This document shows, piece by piece, positions 47,406-56,320 of a stretch of DNA of 64,000 nt. This DNA is from a virus (lineage: Duplodnaviria > Caudoviricetes): the IMG/VR virus record IMGVR_UViG_3300013315_000010, positions 1,407 to 65,406 of that record; one strand, given 5' to 3'. The translations under genes and the position numbers were made by a program. Position 1 is the first letter of the stretch, and each line of letters begins with the position of its first letter. The notes beneath the pieces are model-generated. The model worked only from the letters and a program-made list of their open reading frames with translations. It did not search any database and had not been told where the DNA came from.

Positions 47406-47600
47406 TTAGATATCAATATTGAGTTTGCGGAATATGGCTTTACTCCACTTAAAAAAGTACAGCAACCCGATGCAGGTTAGAACAGCTGCAAGTATAATTA
47501 AAGGGTAGCTGTAGGTCTCAATCAAACTGAATATTCCATACCCAAACCCAATAACCCCAATAAAAAACCCGACGATCTCTGCAAGAACAGACAACTTCAT
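47406..47600 (-). CDS. two-TM small membrane protein
   Basis: MKLSVLAEIVGFFIGVIGFGYG...LIILAAVLTCIGLLYFF; RBS AGGAGG. Confidence 0.7.
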   Translation of the reverse strand: MKLSVLAEIVGFFIGVIGFGYGIFSLIETYSYPLIILAAVLTCIGLLYFFKWSKAIFRKLNIDI

Positions 47601-47627
47601 TTTATAGCCCTCCTTTTCATCCCCCAA

Positions 47628-48272
47628 CTAAAAGGGGACATCATCATCATCAGACGAACCAGCCGGGACATCCGGTTGATCCAGATTTGCTCCAGGCCCA
47701 ACATCCTCGGTAGAGGATTTGGGATTCCCAACCTTTAAGGTGCCCTTGATAAAGCTGAGCGCCTTGGTTGCAAACTCAAAGAGTGCAATCTCAAGGTTCT
47801 CAAGGGTCTCACTCTTTTTGACCAGCTTGGCAAGCTTGTCCGAGTTGGCCATGACATTCCCATAGTGTCGTACAGCAATACCCAACGCTGCAGAGCGATA
47901 GTCTTCATCTGTAAGGGCACTGGCAGGGACACTGGCCGCCTTTGTCGTACTCTTGGGAGTGAATCCCGTGCCAGGGATTGGGGGTGTGGCACTCTCCGGC
48001 TGACTTTGCGTGGCACCTGGAGGAGCAGAACCAGTCACCGTGATAACAGATGCGTTATTCTTTTCATCCAGGGTGATTTCGATCGGTGTTCCAGGCTGCA
48101 AAGTTTTGGCGATGGAAGCTACCTCTTTGGCGCTGTGGAAATACGGAATGCTGAACTGTTTCCCGGAAGTGTACTCAATGGTGATAGCGTACCGGTACCA
48201 CTTTCTACCATTCTTCTCACCTGACCCGGTGAGGCTGTTTTTTACGAAGGAACCGCTTCTTACATCGGACAT
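47628..48272 (-). CDS. putative single-stranded DNA-binding/recombination protein
   Basis: OB-like N-terminus and acidic aromatic tail SSDDDDVPF; located in the replication cluster. Confidence 0.55.
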   Translation of the reverse strand: MSDVRSGSFVKNSLTGSGEKNGRKWYRYAITIEYTSGKQFSIPYFHSAKEVASIAKTLQPGTPIEITLDEKNNASVITVTGSAPPGATQSQPESATPPIPGTGFTPKSTTKAASVPASALTDEDYRSAALGIAVRHYGNVMANSDKLAKLVKKSETLENLEIALFEFATKALSFIKGTLKVGNPKSSTEDVGPGANLDQPDVPAGSSDDDDVPF

Positions 48273-48279
48273 ATCTCTC

Positions 48280-50289
48280 CTATCTTATGCGTTTTAATTC
48301 CCCATAATTGGGGCCAATTTCAAATTCCCCTCCCAGCGGAAGGTTAAAGTTAATCCCCCAGAAGCTGTGCATCAGCTTCGGCAGATCTCGAAACGTGTTG
48401 ACAGTGATATCGGCTACAGTATCAACCTCGTCCTTGACCAGGTCGAACACGATGGAATCGTGAACCTGAAGAAATAAAAGGGATTGGCAACCAGCCTGTC
48501 GCATCCGTTTCTTGATAACCACCATTGCCAGGGGAGTGATGTCAGCCGTGGCGAAGCTTTGAACCGGGTAGTTTTTAATAGCGGTTATGCTGTAAACATT
48601 CCCGTCCCGGTCTGCGTTTGCAAGCCTGGGAAACACCAGCTTGCGACCGGACGGCGTTTGGAGCCACCCACCTTGTTTCTCTACCAGCTCAATGTTGTCT
48701 TGCTGCCACTGCTGCAGGACCTGATACTTCTCATAATACCCTTGAACAATTCGAACCCACTTTGGCAGGGAAAAGTTGGGCATGGTCTGATCCATGTACA
48801 TCCCGTAAGCAGACCCACCGTAAAGCAACCTGAACCCGAACACCTTTGCAACAGTTCGAATGGGCTTGAACTTTGGGTGATCGTTGTCAAGCTTTGGATT
48901 GGCACCAAAGAACTGGATGGCGTTATCCCTATGGTAATCAACGTTGTCGATGATTTCTTGCATAGCTACAGGGTCCTGGGACATCCAGGCTGCAACACGC
49001 CACTCAAGTTGGCTTAAATCCCCGTTACCAATAAGATCGAATCGAGGAACAAAGATCGTCTTGACGGGGGAAGTGCCCTTCCGTGGCCAGTTCTGGCCGT
49101 TGGGGTTGCTCGAACTCAAGCGACCGGTTGCAGTAACCGTCTGGTTAAAGCTCGGGTGCACTCGATGATCCGGCATCAGTTTGCCCAAAATTCCAGAGTC
49201 ATCCTGATCCCCCCTAAAGGTCTCAGCTGCCTTTGATGCTGTGCTGTGCTCCTTGAGCAGGGTCAAGATCTTCTTCTGTCTGTCGGTCTCACCCTTTAAT
49301 TGTGAGAGTGTGTTTTTGTCTGTGCTATAAAAGCCTCCTTTCTCTAACTCAGTGTTGTCGATTGGTTTAAATATGCGGGGCAACTCAATCTCCTGAATTG
49401 CCCTACGGGTTTTGGTTATTGGTTCTTGGACAACTACATTTCTCCACTTGACAGTCGTTCCCTTTTTAGGATCAGCATAGGTAAAGGGGTATGCTTCCCG
49501 CTTGGTGACATTGTGGGTTGTCTGGTAGGACTCCAGGTACTCCCGCTTGATCACTCCCCCATACAAGGCAGCAGACAACTCGTTAGTGCTCCCCAGGTTC
49601 AGATCATCGCGGCCTATCTCAAGCTTTAACTCAACCTCCAGTGTGTGGATCTTTTCTTCCAGGGAACTATGAAGTGCATTGGCTTTTTCCACATCGACCA
49701 AGGCACCTGCACTCTCCATCTCTGAAAGGATATTCATCAGGTCCATCTGGAGGGCTACAATCCGTTGCATCTTCCACTTGGAAATAATGGGGACTTGACG
49801 CTGGTAAAGGACCAGAGAGTTGATGCAATCTTGCTCAAGGTACGGGGTCAGAACAGATAGAGGGATTTCGTCTGTCTCGTACCCGGCATCCCAAAAGATC
49901 TTCACCCTGTCGATCTTTGGCGTGATACTGTACCTTAGGCAAACATCAGCCAAGTGATAACTGACCTTGGCTTGCCCTTGAATTAAGTATTCAGCTACCT
50001 GGGTGCAGTAAAACTTTTGGCGATCCACTCTCAAGCCAGCATGACGCAACCACTGCAGGTCAAACTTGAGATTGTGGCCCACAATCCTGTGGGCCTTATC
50101 CAGCTCACTTTGGATCTCGGCAAGGACTTGCCGTTGGTTTACCCCCTGGGCTTCCTTGTGGTTAAGCGTCCAGGTCTTCACCCGCTTGTCTTCCCATGCC
50201 ATACCCACACTCACAAGAAACGACCCTGGATGCCATGGTCGGAAACGTGGAATCTTGCTGGTCTCCACGTCAAGTGCCAGAGTTATCAT
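48280..50289 (-). CDS. polA: family A DNA polymerase with 3'-5' exonuclease
   Basis: Exonuclease motifs LDVET, HNLKFD, YLEQD; TATGRLSS; motif A DLSQLE, motif B KVFGFRLLYG, motif C VHDS. Confidence 0.95.
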   Translation of the reverse strand: MITLALDVETSKIPRFRPWHPGSFLVSVGMAWEDKRVKTWTLNHKEAQGVNQRQVLAEIQSELDKAHRIVGHNLKFDLQWLRHAGLRVDRQKFYCTQVAEYLIQGQAKVSYHLADVCLRYSITPKIDRVKIFWDAGYETDEIPLSVLTPYLEQDCINSLVLYQRQVPIISKWKMQRIVALQMDLMNILSEMESAGALVDVEKANALHSSLEEKIHTLEVELKLEIGRDDLNLGSTNELSAALYGGVIKREYLESYQTTHNVTKREAYPFTYADPKKGTTVKWRNVVVQEPITKTRRAIQEIELPRIFKPIDNTELEKGGFYSTDKNTLSQLKGETDRQKKILTLLKEHSTASKAAETFRGDQDDSGILGKLMPDHRVHPSFNQTVTATGRLSSSNPNGQNWPRKGTSPVKTIFVPRFDLIGNGDLSQLEWRVAAWMSQDPVAMQEIIDNVDYHRDNAIQFFGANPKLDNDHPKFKPIRTVAKVFGFRLLYGGSAYGMYMDQTMPNFSLPKWVRIVQGYYEKYQVLQQWQQDNIELVEKQGGWLQTPSGRKLVFPRLANADRDGNVYSITAIKNYPVQSFATADITPLAMVVIKKRMRQAGCQSLLFLQVHDSIVFDLVKDEVDTVADITVNTFRDLPKLMHSFWGINFNLPLGGEFEIGPNYGELKRIR

Positions 50290-50849
50290 GGCATCTCAAT
50301 ACCTGGACAATCCTTGTAGAATTCAAACGCGGTCTTGAACCACTCAAACCGGTCTTTCTTTAGGGCTGCCGTGCCCACGTTCCAGGGTTGAGGAAACATC
50401 AAGACATGACCACCGGCCTTGGTGAATGCCTCAAGGTTGCCAGGCTTATCATCAATAAGCAGGGTGGATCTGGAAGCTGCCGCCCACTTTGCAGGACCGA
50501 TCAGATATCTCTTGTCATGAAAGTAGTCGGGCATGTTTTTCATGATCCAGTGCTGCCTCCACCCGGCATTGTTCAGAGTTGGTGCCGTTGCGATGATCGG
50601 CTTGTATGGCTTGAGCATCTCCAGCAACTCTTCAGCCCATGGGTACATGGGCAGACTCATCCAAAAATCCTCCCCCTGACGTTTCCAGAACCCTGACCGG
50701 GTATCCCCGGTCTTTTCCATGTAGATCTTTTCAATGGAGTTGTATTCAAGCAGCGAGTTATCCAGTACACCAAGATCAAAGTACTTGATGACTGCGCCAC
50801 AGTAGTCAATCACAACACCATCCAGATCGAGCAAAATTCTATTGATCAT
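50286..50849 (-). CDS. HAD 5'(3')-deoxyribonucleotidase
   Basis: LLDLDGV ... LLIDD..N...PQPWN. Real start MINRIL at 50849. Confidence 0.85.
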   Translation of the reverse strand: MINRILLDLDGVVIDYCGAVIKYFDLGVLDNSLLEYNSIEKIYMEKTGDTRSGFWKRQGEDFWMSLPMYPWAEELLEMLKPYKPIIATAPTLNNAGWRQHWIMKNMPDYFHDKRYLIGPAKWAAASRSTLLIDDKPGNLEAFTKAGGHVLMFPQPWNVGTAALKKDRFEWFKTAFEFYKDCPGIEMP

Positions 50850-51708
50850 CCTTTTCAGCCTCCTGAAAATCGTAAGCCATGCACACACCCCCGTTTTTAA
50901 AGTATGCTGTGGTGTGAGTGTCCCGGGCGAACTCAGCACGGCGGCGAGCCTCGGCACGGCCAACCTTCCGCAGGAAGATATCACCTGCATCCTTGTTGCA
51001 CTTGCTGACCCCGATGTGGAACTTTCCATCAGTTGACTTGAGCTTGCAGATCACCCCTTTGGGTTGCCCATTCTTGCCGATAATGGTTTCAAAAGTGACA
51101 TACTCCCGGGTGGCATGGGGAGGTTCTGCAAGAGAATCGGAAGACACCTTTTCGAGTTCACTGGCAATTGCTTGCCAGCCTTTGTGATTTGGAAAGTCTA
51201 CCACTATCTGATTGGTGTGGAGACTGGCGATAGTGCCAACATCACCATGTTTGACATATCCCCAACCACGGGCTGGGGAGGTCACACTCTCTTTGACCCG
51301 AACTTTATCCCCGACTTTGAAAGGGTGAGGGGTCTCCGATAATGTGACATTGACAACCTCAAGCTCATCGGCGGGAGCATACCAAACACTCTGACATGCC
51401 CAAGAAACCTCCACCATGTTGCCCTCGATGCTGGTAACAGTTCCAATATCCCCCGGCTTAACCGCTCCCCAGTCAAGAGAGGGCCTCACTCCGGCCTTGA
51501 CACGGACACGGTCTCCAACGCTGATGGGCGAAGACACAACTTCCAGGTCATGCTCGTTGTAGTAGTCGCTTCCATTATTAGGAGAGTAATAGCCATCCTC
51601 GATGCACCGTTGAACAGTCACTACATCCCCAATATTATGTTCAGCCGAACATATGTGTTTCCCAACCGTTTTATCTTTGATTCTTACCAGTGACCCATTC
51701 TTTATCAT
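50839..51708 (-). CDS. tandem SH3-like (Mib/HERC2-like) repeat protein
   Basis: Repeats VGDRVRVK..W..VKPGDIGTV and VGDKVRVK..GWG.VKHGDVGTI..VDF..W..SELE. Confidence 0.65.
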   Translation of the reverse strand: MIKNGSLVRIKDKTVGKHICSAEHNIGDVVTVQRCIEDGYYSPNNGSDYYNEHDLEVVSSPISVGDRVRVKAGVRPSLDWGAVKPGDIGTVTSIEGNMVEVSWACQSVWYAPADELEVVNVTLSETPHPFKVGDKVRVKESVTSPARGWGYVKHGDVGTIASLHTNQIVVDFPNHKGWQAIASELEKVSSDSLAEPPHATREYVTFETIIGKNGQPKGVICKLKSTDGKFHIGVSKCNKDAGDIFLRKVGRAEARRRAEFARDTHTTAYFKNGGVCMAYDFQEAEKDDQ

Positions 51709-51720
51709 TTTCTTCTCCTT

Positions 51721-52944
51721 TTATATTTGAATGTAACGATTTTTTAGTGGGTCAATCTTGGCAGGATACCTGCCGAGCTTGATTCCAAGTTTATTTTTGC
51801 TAATGCAAAAATATCGATGATCTTCTTTTTCTTCTGATCGCCCAATCCCGATGATGTAGTCACACTCTCCAGGTATCCCGACTTTACTTCCATCGATGTG
51901 GTTATAGGTGAGCCACTTCTTGTTTTCTGCTGCGCTGTCCGCTTGCCCAACCGTGATAAACACCAGCCTGTTTCTGCTGGCCATGGTCCGATAAGCATTG
52001 TAGACAAGCTGCCGTGCTTCAACGCTGGAGTAGTTGCCTGGGAGTGAGACCTTCGGGCCTTGATCAACGATCACCACCCGTGGCTTATACCTGGCAATGT
52101 TCTGTTCAACCTTGGCCAGGGTTCCAACTTCCCCCACAAAGACGAGGTTCTTTCCTCCCTTTTCTAAATATAGCTGCTCGTACTGGTCTTCCTTGTCTTG
52201 CAGTAAAGTATCAACAGGAAGGCCAATCAACGAGGCATAGGCTCTCGCCCTGGTTCGGTTCACACCCTCTTCATTGGAAAGGAAGAGGACCTTTTCGTTC
52301 GTCTTGCGTAACTGGTAGGCAAAAAAGGATGCCTGTGAGACACAAAATGCAGTCTTGCCGACCTCAGGACGGGCCAGAATGTGACCCAATGTCCCCGGGT
52401 AGACAGGCCCGATCGCACTGTTGAGGAAGTCCAAACTCCAGTCGAGACCGTCCCGTTTTATATCCTCGATGATCTGCCGTAGAGGGGTTATGCACTCATC
52501 GGGGTTTTCTTCTCCGACAGCGGAGACCACTGACCGGTACTCATCGATCAGTGGTAGGATTGTCTCGATTCCGGCCTTACCCCCAGCATTTAAAAACTTG
52601 ACCAGCTCTCCCATGGCTTTGGTGGAATAATGAAAGTCCGTAACCCGCTTCAGGGCAGTGTCCAGCAGAGCGCTGTTGTCAATATTGATGCTTCGGATTT
52701 GGTCGAACAGGATATCGTAGACCCCAGTGTCTTTGATCACTGGGTTTTCCTGATGGAAAAAGATTTGTAGCTCATCCGGGGTTATTGCCTCGTGGCCCGG
52801 GAACTGTTCATAATATCCCTTTATGGCCTGGAGGATCTGCTTGTGCTCACGTTCCAGACTGTCGAATTCAAGGAGCATCGGGGCGTACTTGATGTACGCC
52901 CCCCGGTGTAACAGCCCCTTGAGGCACAAAATGTGGGAATTCAA
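51721..52944 (-). CDS. DnaB/T7 gp4-like replicative helicase
   Basis: Walker A ARPEVGKT, VIVDQ Walker B, GQA, GSKVGIPGECDYIIG, SKNK. Confidence 0.88.
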   Translation of the reverse strand: MNSHILCLKGLLHRGAYIKYAPMLLEFDSLEREHKQILQAIKGYYEQFPGHEAITPDELQIFFHQENPVIKDTGVYDILFDQIRSINIDNSALLDTALKRVTDFHYSTKAMGELVKFLNAGGKAGIETILPLIDEYRSVVSAVGEENPDECITPLRQIIEDIKRDGLDWSLDFLNSAIGPVYPGTLGHILARPEVGKTAFCVSQASFFAYQLRKTNEKVLFLSNEEGVNRTRARAYASLIGLPVDTLLQDKEDQYEQLYLEKGGKNLVFVGEVGTLAKVEQNIARYKPRVVIVDQGPKVSLPGNYSSVEARQLVYNAYRTMASRNRLVFITVGQADSAAENKKWLTYNHIDGSKVGIPGECDYIIGIGRSEEKEDHRYFCISKNKLGIKLGRYPAKIDPLKNRYIQI

Positions 52945-52947
52945 CTC

Positions 52948-53238
52948 TTACTTTGTCCCCTCCTTTACCTCCCGCTTTAGATGCCGGTGTTTTTTGGGTT
53001 GCCACTTGACTATCGCGTACAAGCGGTTGATCAGGGGCTGGGCGAGCTCGGCGTAAAGTGGCCTGAACATTGCCCGGCCCGACTGGTACTTGTTGCACCC
53101 CCGCACCATATTGGCTGGAGGTCTTTCCCGCAGCTCGATATGACCATCCTTGGTCACCTCGGCTCGGATAACGGTGCAATTGCGATTGGTGCACAGGTTG
53201 CACACGTCAACGGTTCGGTTCAAATAGATATCGGTCAT
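52948..53238 (-). CDS. Cys-rich hypothetical protein
   Basis: MTDIY start after AAAGGAG; CNLC...C...C. Confidence 0.6.
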   Translation of the reverse strand: MTDIYLNRTVDVCNLCTNRNCTVIRAEVTKDGHIELRERPPANMVRGCNKYQSGRAMFRPLYAELAQPLINRLYAIVKWQPKKHRHLKREVKEGTK

Positions 53239-53307
53239 GGTTCTCCTTTGGATCAGCATTAAGAGTTCGTAACGGTGAATTCAAAAAAATATCCCCTCCT
53301 TAACCCT

Positions 53308-53335
53308 ATTATAATTACGATTTCGTAATTGTCAA
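53308..53335 (-). promoter_or_regulatory. consensus sigma70 promoter of the replication operon, with the operator as its spacer
   Basis: Minus strand reads TTGACA-ATTACGAAATCGTAAT-TATAAT. Confidence 0.85.
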
Positions 53336-53339
53336 TGGA

Positions 53340-54158
53340 CTAAGCAGCCTTTTGGGTGATGGGCTTGGGTAAAAACACCCTCAAGCCCATAGTCCTGGAC
53401 ATCTTGACCACCAGCTCGGACACCATCTTGATCATCTCAGTGGTGAGACTCCACGCGGCCCTCTTGCCCGAGGCTTTGTAGGCATCGTCCAGCTTGGTGG
53501 ACACCATCTCCTCGATGAAGTTGATGGCTGACAGGGTGATGTTGTCAAAGTTGTCACGCAAGTTGTCAACCCCAAGATCCTCTTTGAGCTTTTCAGCTGT
53601 CTTGCCGAATAAGGCAAGGTAGGTGATGTTGGTTGCAGTGGCATACCTCCACGCTGCACCAAAGGCACCGTTGCGTCCGATCATAGAGGTGAACCGGTTT
53701 CTGCCAATGGTGCTGATGATCCGGTTATAGATCCAGTCCTCTGGACGACCCTGCTTGCGGTAAAACTCCTGGGCTCTTTCCTGGGCGCGAGTGAGGCCCA
53801 GGTCCGGGTTGGCCATCTCCTCGAACCGTTCCTTGATCACCTGGTTTGCCCAGATGTGGAACTCAGGGCTGAGGTACTTGGCATAGGCAAGGGCAATCTG
53901 CCAGTGAGCCCAGGTGCCCCCCCACCTGCCCATGGCTGTTTTCAAAGTTGATTGTGGATCAACTTTCAACTTTTTAGCGTTGGCCTTGATAAATCGAACA
54001 GTATCCTGTTGGCGTAACCAGAAGGTAGGCTTTCTTGCCAGAATCACCCCGGCATCCGGTTCATCCCGCTGCCAGGCCCTCCACATGTTGGTTAGGTTGA
54101 CCATTTTTGTACCCTGCTGGAACTGAATCTCGAACCCCTCATAAATCATACTGTCCAT
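53340..54158 (-). CDS. KilA-N domain protein (antirepressor-like)
   Basis: VNLTNMW, WLRQQDT, GGTWAHWQIALAYAKYLSPEFHIW. Confidence 0.9.
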   Translation of the reverse strand: MDSMIYEGFEIQFQQGTKMVNLTNMWRAWQRDEPDAGVILARKPTFWLRQQDTVRFIKANAKKLKVDPQSTLKTAMGRWGGTWAHWQIALAYAKYLSPEFHIWANQVIKERFEEMANPDLGLTRAQERAQEFYRKQGRPEDWIYNRIISTIGRNRFTSMIGRNGAFGAAWRYATATNITYLALFGKTAEKLKEDLGVDNLRDNFDNITLSAINFIEEMVSTKLDDAYKASGKRAAWSLTTEMIKMVSELVVKMSRTMGLRVFLPKPITQKAA

Positions 54159-54174
54159 AAAAATGCTCCTTTCA

Positions 54175-54215
54175 TAGTAAGATAATAGTAAGATATTTAT
54201 CCCTTAAGGGATAAA
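54175..54215 (-). promoter_or_regulatory. perfect 20-bp palindrome and tandem repeat upstream of the KilA-N gene
   Basis: TTTATCCCTTAAGGGATAAA at 54196-54215; TAGTAAGATA at 54175 and 54186. Confidence 0.5.
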
Positions 54216-54219
54216 GTTG

Positions 54220-55236
54220 TTAATGATCTTGTGAGCGTAAAATTTCCTTGAGGATGATCCGCGCCAGCATCTCATCCCAGTACCCCTGATCAATATGCTT
54301 GGGCAAAAGAGAGGCTGTGGCCAGGACCTCAACCTGGTCCATCAACGACTCCAAAGCCGGGGCAACCTCGGTAATAAAGTCCATCTCACCTGCCTTAATT
54401 TTCCGCAGGGTGGTGCTATCCCATAGTGGGTACACCAGGTCACCCGTTTTAAAAATTTCCTCCATCTGCCTGGCAGCCCGAAACGCATGACTTACCGCTT
54501 TCCAGTCAATCCCCTGGTTCGCTTTTGCCAACTTCGCCCGGTGCCCATAGCCCTCTTGTACTCTCTCCAGGGATCGGAGTATTTCAGATACTCGAATCGT
54601 TTCGTGAAATCTCTTACCGCAGACTTCAAACGTTCGATGAGGGTTGAGATCTGATGGATCAACCTTATGCAGATGATCACCTCCAGGAAGATAATTCCAA
54701 ACATCACCAAGTTTAGGGGAATTCCCTCCATGTGCTTTTTCAACCTCCTTTAAAAAAGAGATAACCCGATCAATGGCATCCAGTCGAGAACCCTTGATGC
54801 CATACTTTGCCGCTTGTTTCCGGGCATACCCTACAAACGCCCTCATGTCTGTGCTGTATGCCTTGGAACGGTTGGCATGCAGGATCTCCCAAATGGGGGT
54901 GGACACATTGCACTGGCCCGGTTTGATGTGAATCATATCCATGGACACGGTATCCCCCTGGCAGAGCAGGTGGAGAAAATAGTGCAAGCTGTACACCTCG
55001 ATGTCGATGTCATCCGGGGCATTCTTGGCTCCCTCTGCCGTGGACTTCTTGCTCCCCCACGAGTAAGTCCGTGGGATCTTGCCGGTCAGGATCTGCTGCA
55101 CTGTAGGCATGTATACCCCCTTGAAATCTCGATCCGATGCAGGGGTATCTGTGCCATACAGGTGAGACCCAAATGGGGCGAACATGATCAGCTCCCCAGG
55201 CAACCCCAACCTTTCAATCAGTTCGTGCTTTTGCAT
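54220..55236 (-). CDS. RlaP-like Pol-beta nucleotidyltransferase (T4 nrdC.11-like)
   Basis: FGSHLYGTDTPASDRDFKGVY, YSLHYFL, GKQAAKYG-like motif (RKQAAKYG), DWKAVSHAFR. Confidence 0.85.
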   Translation of the reverse strand: MQKHELIERLGLPGELIMFAPFGSHLYGTDTPASDRDFKGVYMPTVQQILTGKIPRTYSWGSKKSTAEGAKNAPDDIDIEVYSLHYFLHLLCQGDTVSMDMIHIKPGQCNVSTPIWEILHANRSKAYSTDMRAFVGYARKQAAKYGIKGSRLDAIDRVISFLKEVEKAHGGNSPKLGDVWNYLPGGDHLHKVDPSDLNPHRTFEVCGKRFHETIRVSEILRSLERVQEGYGHRAKLAKANQGIDWKAVSHAFRAARQMEEIFKTGDLVYPLWDSTTLRKIKAGEMDFITEVAPALESLMDQVEVLATASLLPKHIDQGYWDEMLARIILKEILRSQDH

Positions 55237-55290
55237 TATTTACACCTCATCTTTCAATCAACTTGTGCTTTTGCATTATTTACGCCTCAT
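55211..55290 (-). repeat. 40-bp tandem duplication of a gene junction, creating the 9-aa ORF MQKHKLIER (55247-55276)
   Basis: 55211-50 and 55251-90 are identical at 36/40 positions. Confidence 0.9.
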
Positions 55291-56095
55291 CAATGATTGT
55301 TGTGATCTGCTCCTCCGTGTACTCCTTGGGGTCCTTGGGAGTGTAGATCCTCTTTACGGGAATGCCAAAGGATTGATACCGCTTTGTCCTGGCCAAACTT
55401 TCCTTTGCCTTATCAGCGTCCAGCCACAAGTAAATAGTGGTATAGACTTTGGCCAGATCCATCACCAATTGGTCCGGAACGTAGGACCCCAACAACCCGA
55501 TACTGTCCATAACCCGGTTGACCTTGATGGCACTGATCATATCCTCTACCAGGACAACCTCATCGGTTCCGGGCTCTTTATTTGGCTGAAAGAAGACATT
55601 TTGCCGGGTGGCCGACCGTTGGTTGATCCACTTTTGATGCCCAGGAGTAAAGGATCGGCCTTGCCAATAGATTGGCTTTCCATCCCTGTCAAACACAGGT
55701 ATTATCAGCCGATAGTTATCGGCCAAATATATCCGATAACGGTTGATCTCAGCGTCTGTGATACCATACTTGAGTAGCCAGGCTATGGCATGCTCTTGTG
55801 TTCTGGCTATCGAACGCTCTGCTCGGCAGGGTGGTGGGAGTGTGACCTCTGATACTACAGGGCTTGTGTGATCCCTTTGGGTAAACTGGACGACCTCCCT
55901 GGTGCTCAGCCCATCCAACCCACGAAACCCAGATGCTCCACATCGGTGGCACCGGTACTTCCACCCAGCAGCGGTGCGGGTGACCACCAGGCACGGTGAT
56001 TTTTTCTCGCTGCACCCCTCGTGCAGGTACCGCACCGGCACCCCTTCGGGAGTGCTGGTGTCAAAATACTGCTGATCATCAATTCTCTCGCGCAC
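55280..56095 (-). CDS. DNA primase (Zn ribbon plus TOPRIM)
   Basis: HEGC...CHRCG; YWQGR; VLVEDMISA; LWLDAD. Confidence 0.88.
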   Translation of the reverse strand: MRERIDDQQYFDTSTPEGVPVRYLHEGCSEKKSPCLVVTRTAAGWKYRCHRCGASGFRGLDGLSTREVVQFTQRDHTSPVVSEVTLPPPCRAERSIARTQEHAIAWLLKYGITDAEINRYRIYLADNYRLIIPVFDRDGKPIYWQGRSFTPGHQKWINQRSATRQNVFFQPNKEPGTDEVVLVEDMISAIKVNRVMDSIGLLGSYVPDQLVMDLAKVYTTIYLWLDADKAKESLARTKRYQSFGIPVKRIYTPKDPKEYTEEQITTIIDEA

Positions 56096-56228
56096 GGCTA
56101 TCCTCCTCTACCTGCACAGTGGGAGCACTTGTGCGGATCTTCCACTTGGACCACCCGTAGCACTCGGCACACTGGTCTGTGTGGTCAACCGTCCAGATGC
56201 CGTTCTCACAATTTGCACATCTTTTCAC
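56079..56228 (-). CDS. small Zn-ribbon-like protein
   Basis: GTG after GGAGG; CANC...CAEC. An operator copy (56239-54) abuts the RBS. Confidence 0.55.
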   Translation of the reverse strand: MKRCANCENGIWTVDHTDQCAECYGWSKWKIRTSAPTVQVEEDSRAREN

Positions 56229-56262
56229 GCTTTCCTCCTTTACGATTATGTAATGATGAGCC

Positions 56263-56302
56263 CAAAAAAACCCGGGGGAGAGAAACCTTCCTCTCCCCCG
56301 GT
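56263..56302 (-). terminator. intrinsic terminator
   Basis: CCGGGGGAGAG / CTCTCCCCCGG stem with a T7 tail on the minus strand. Confidence 0.7.
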
Positions 56303-56320
56303 GGTCTTTTGGTCGGGTTG

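Noticed and set aside
53324-53342. TCAATGGACTAA identical to part of the 63577 repeat
   Set aside because: It is a single partial copy overlapping a promoter -35 and a stop codon, and is probably chance.
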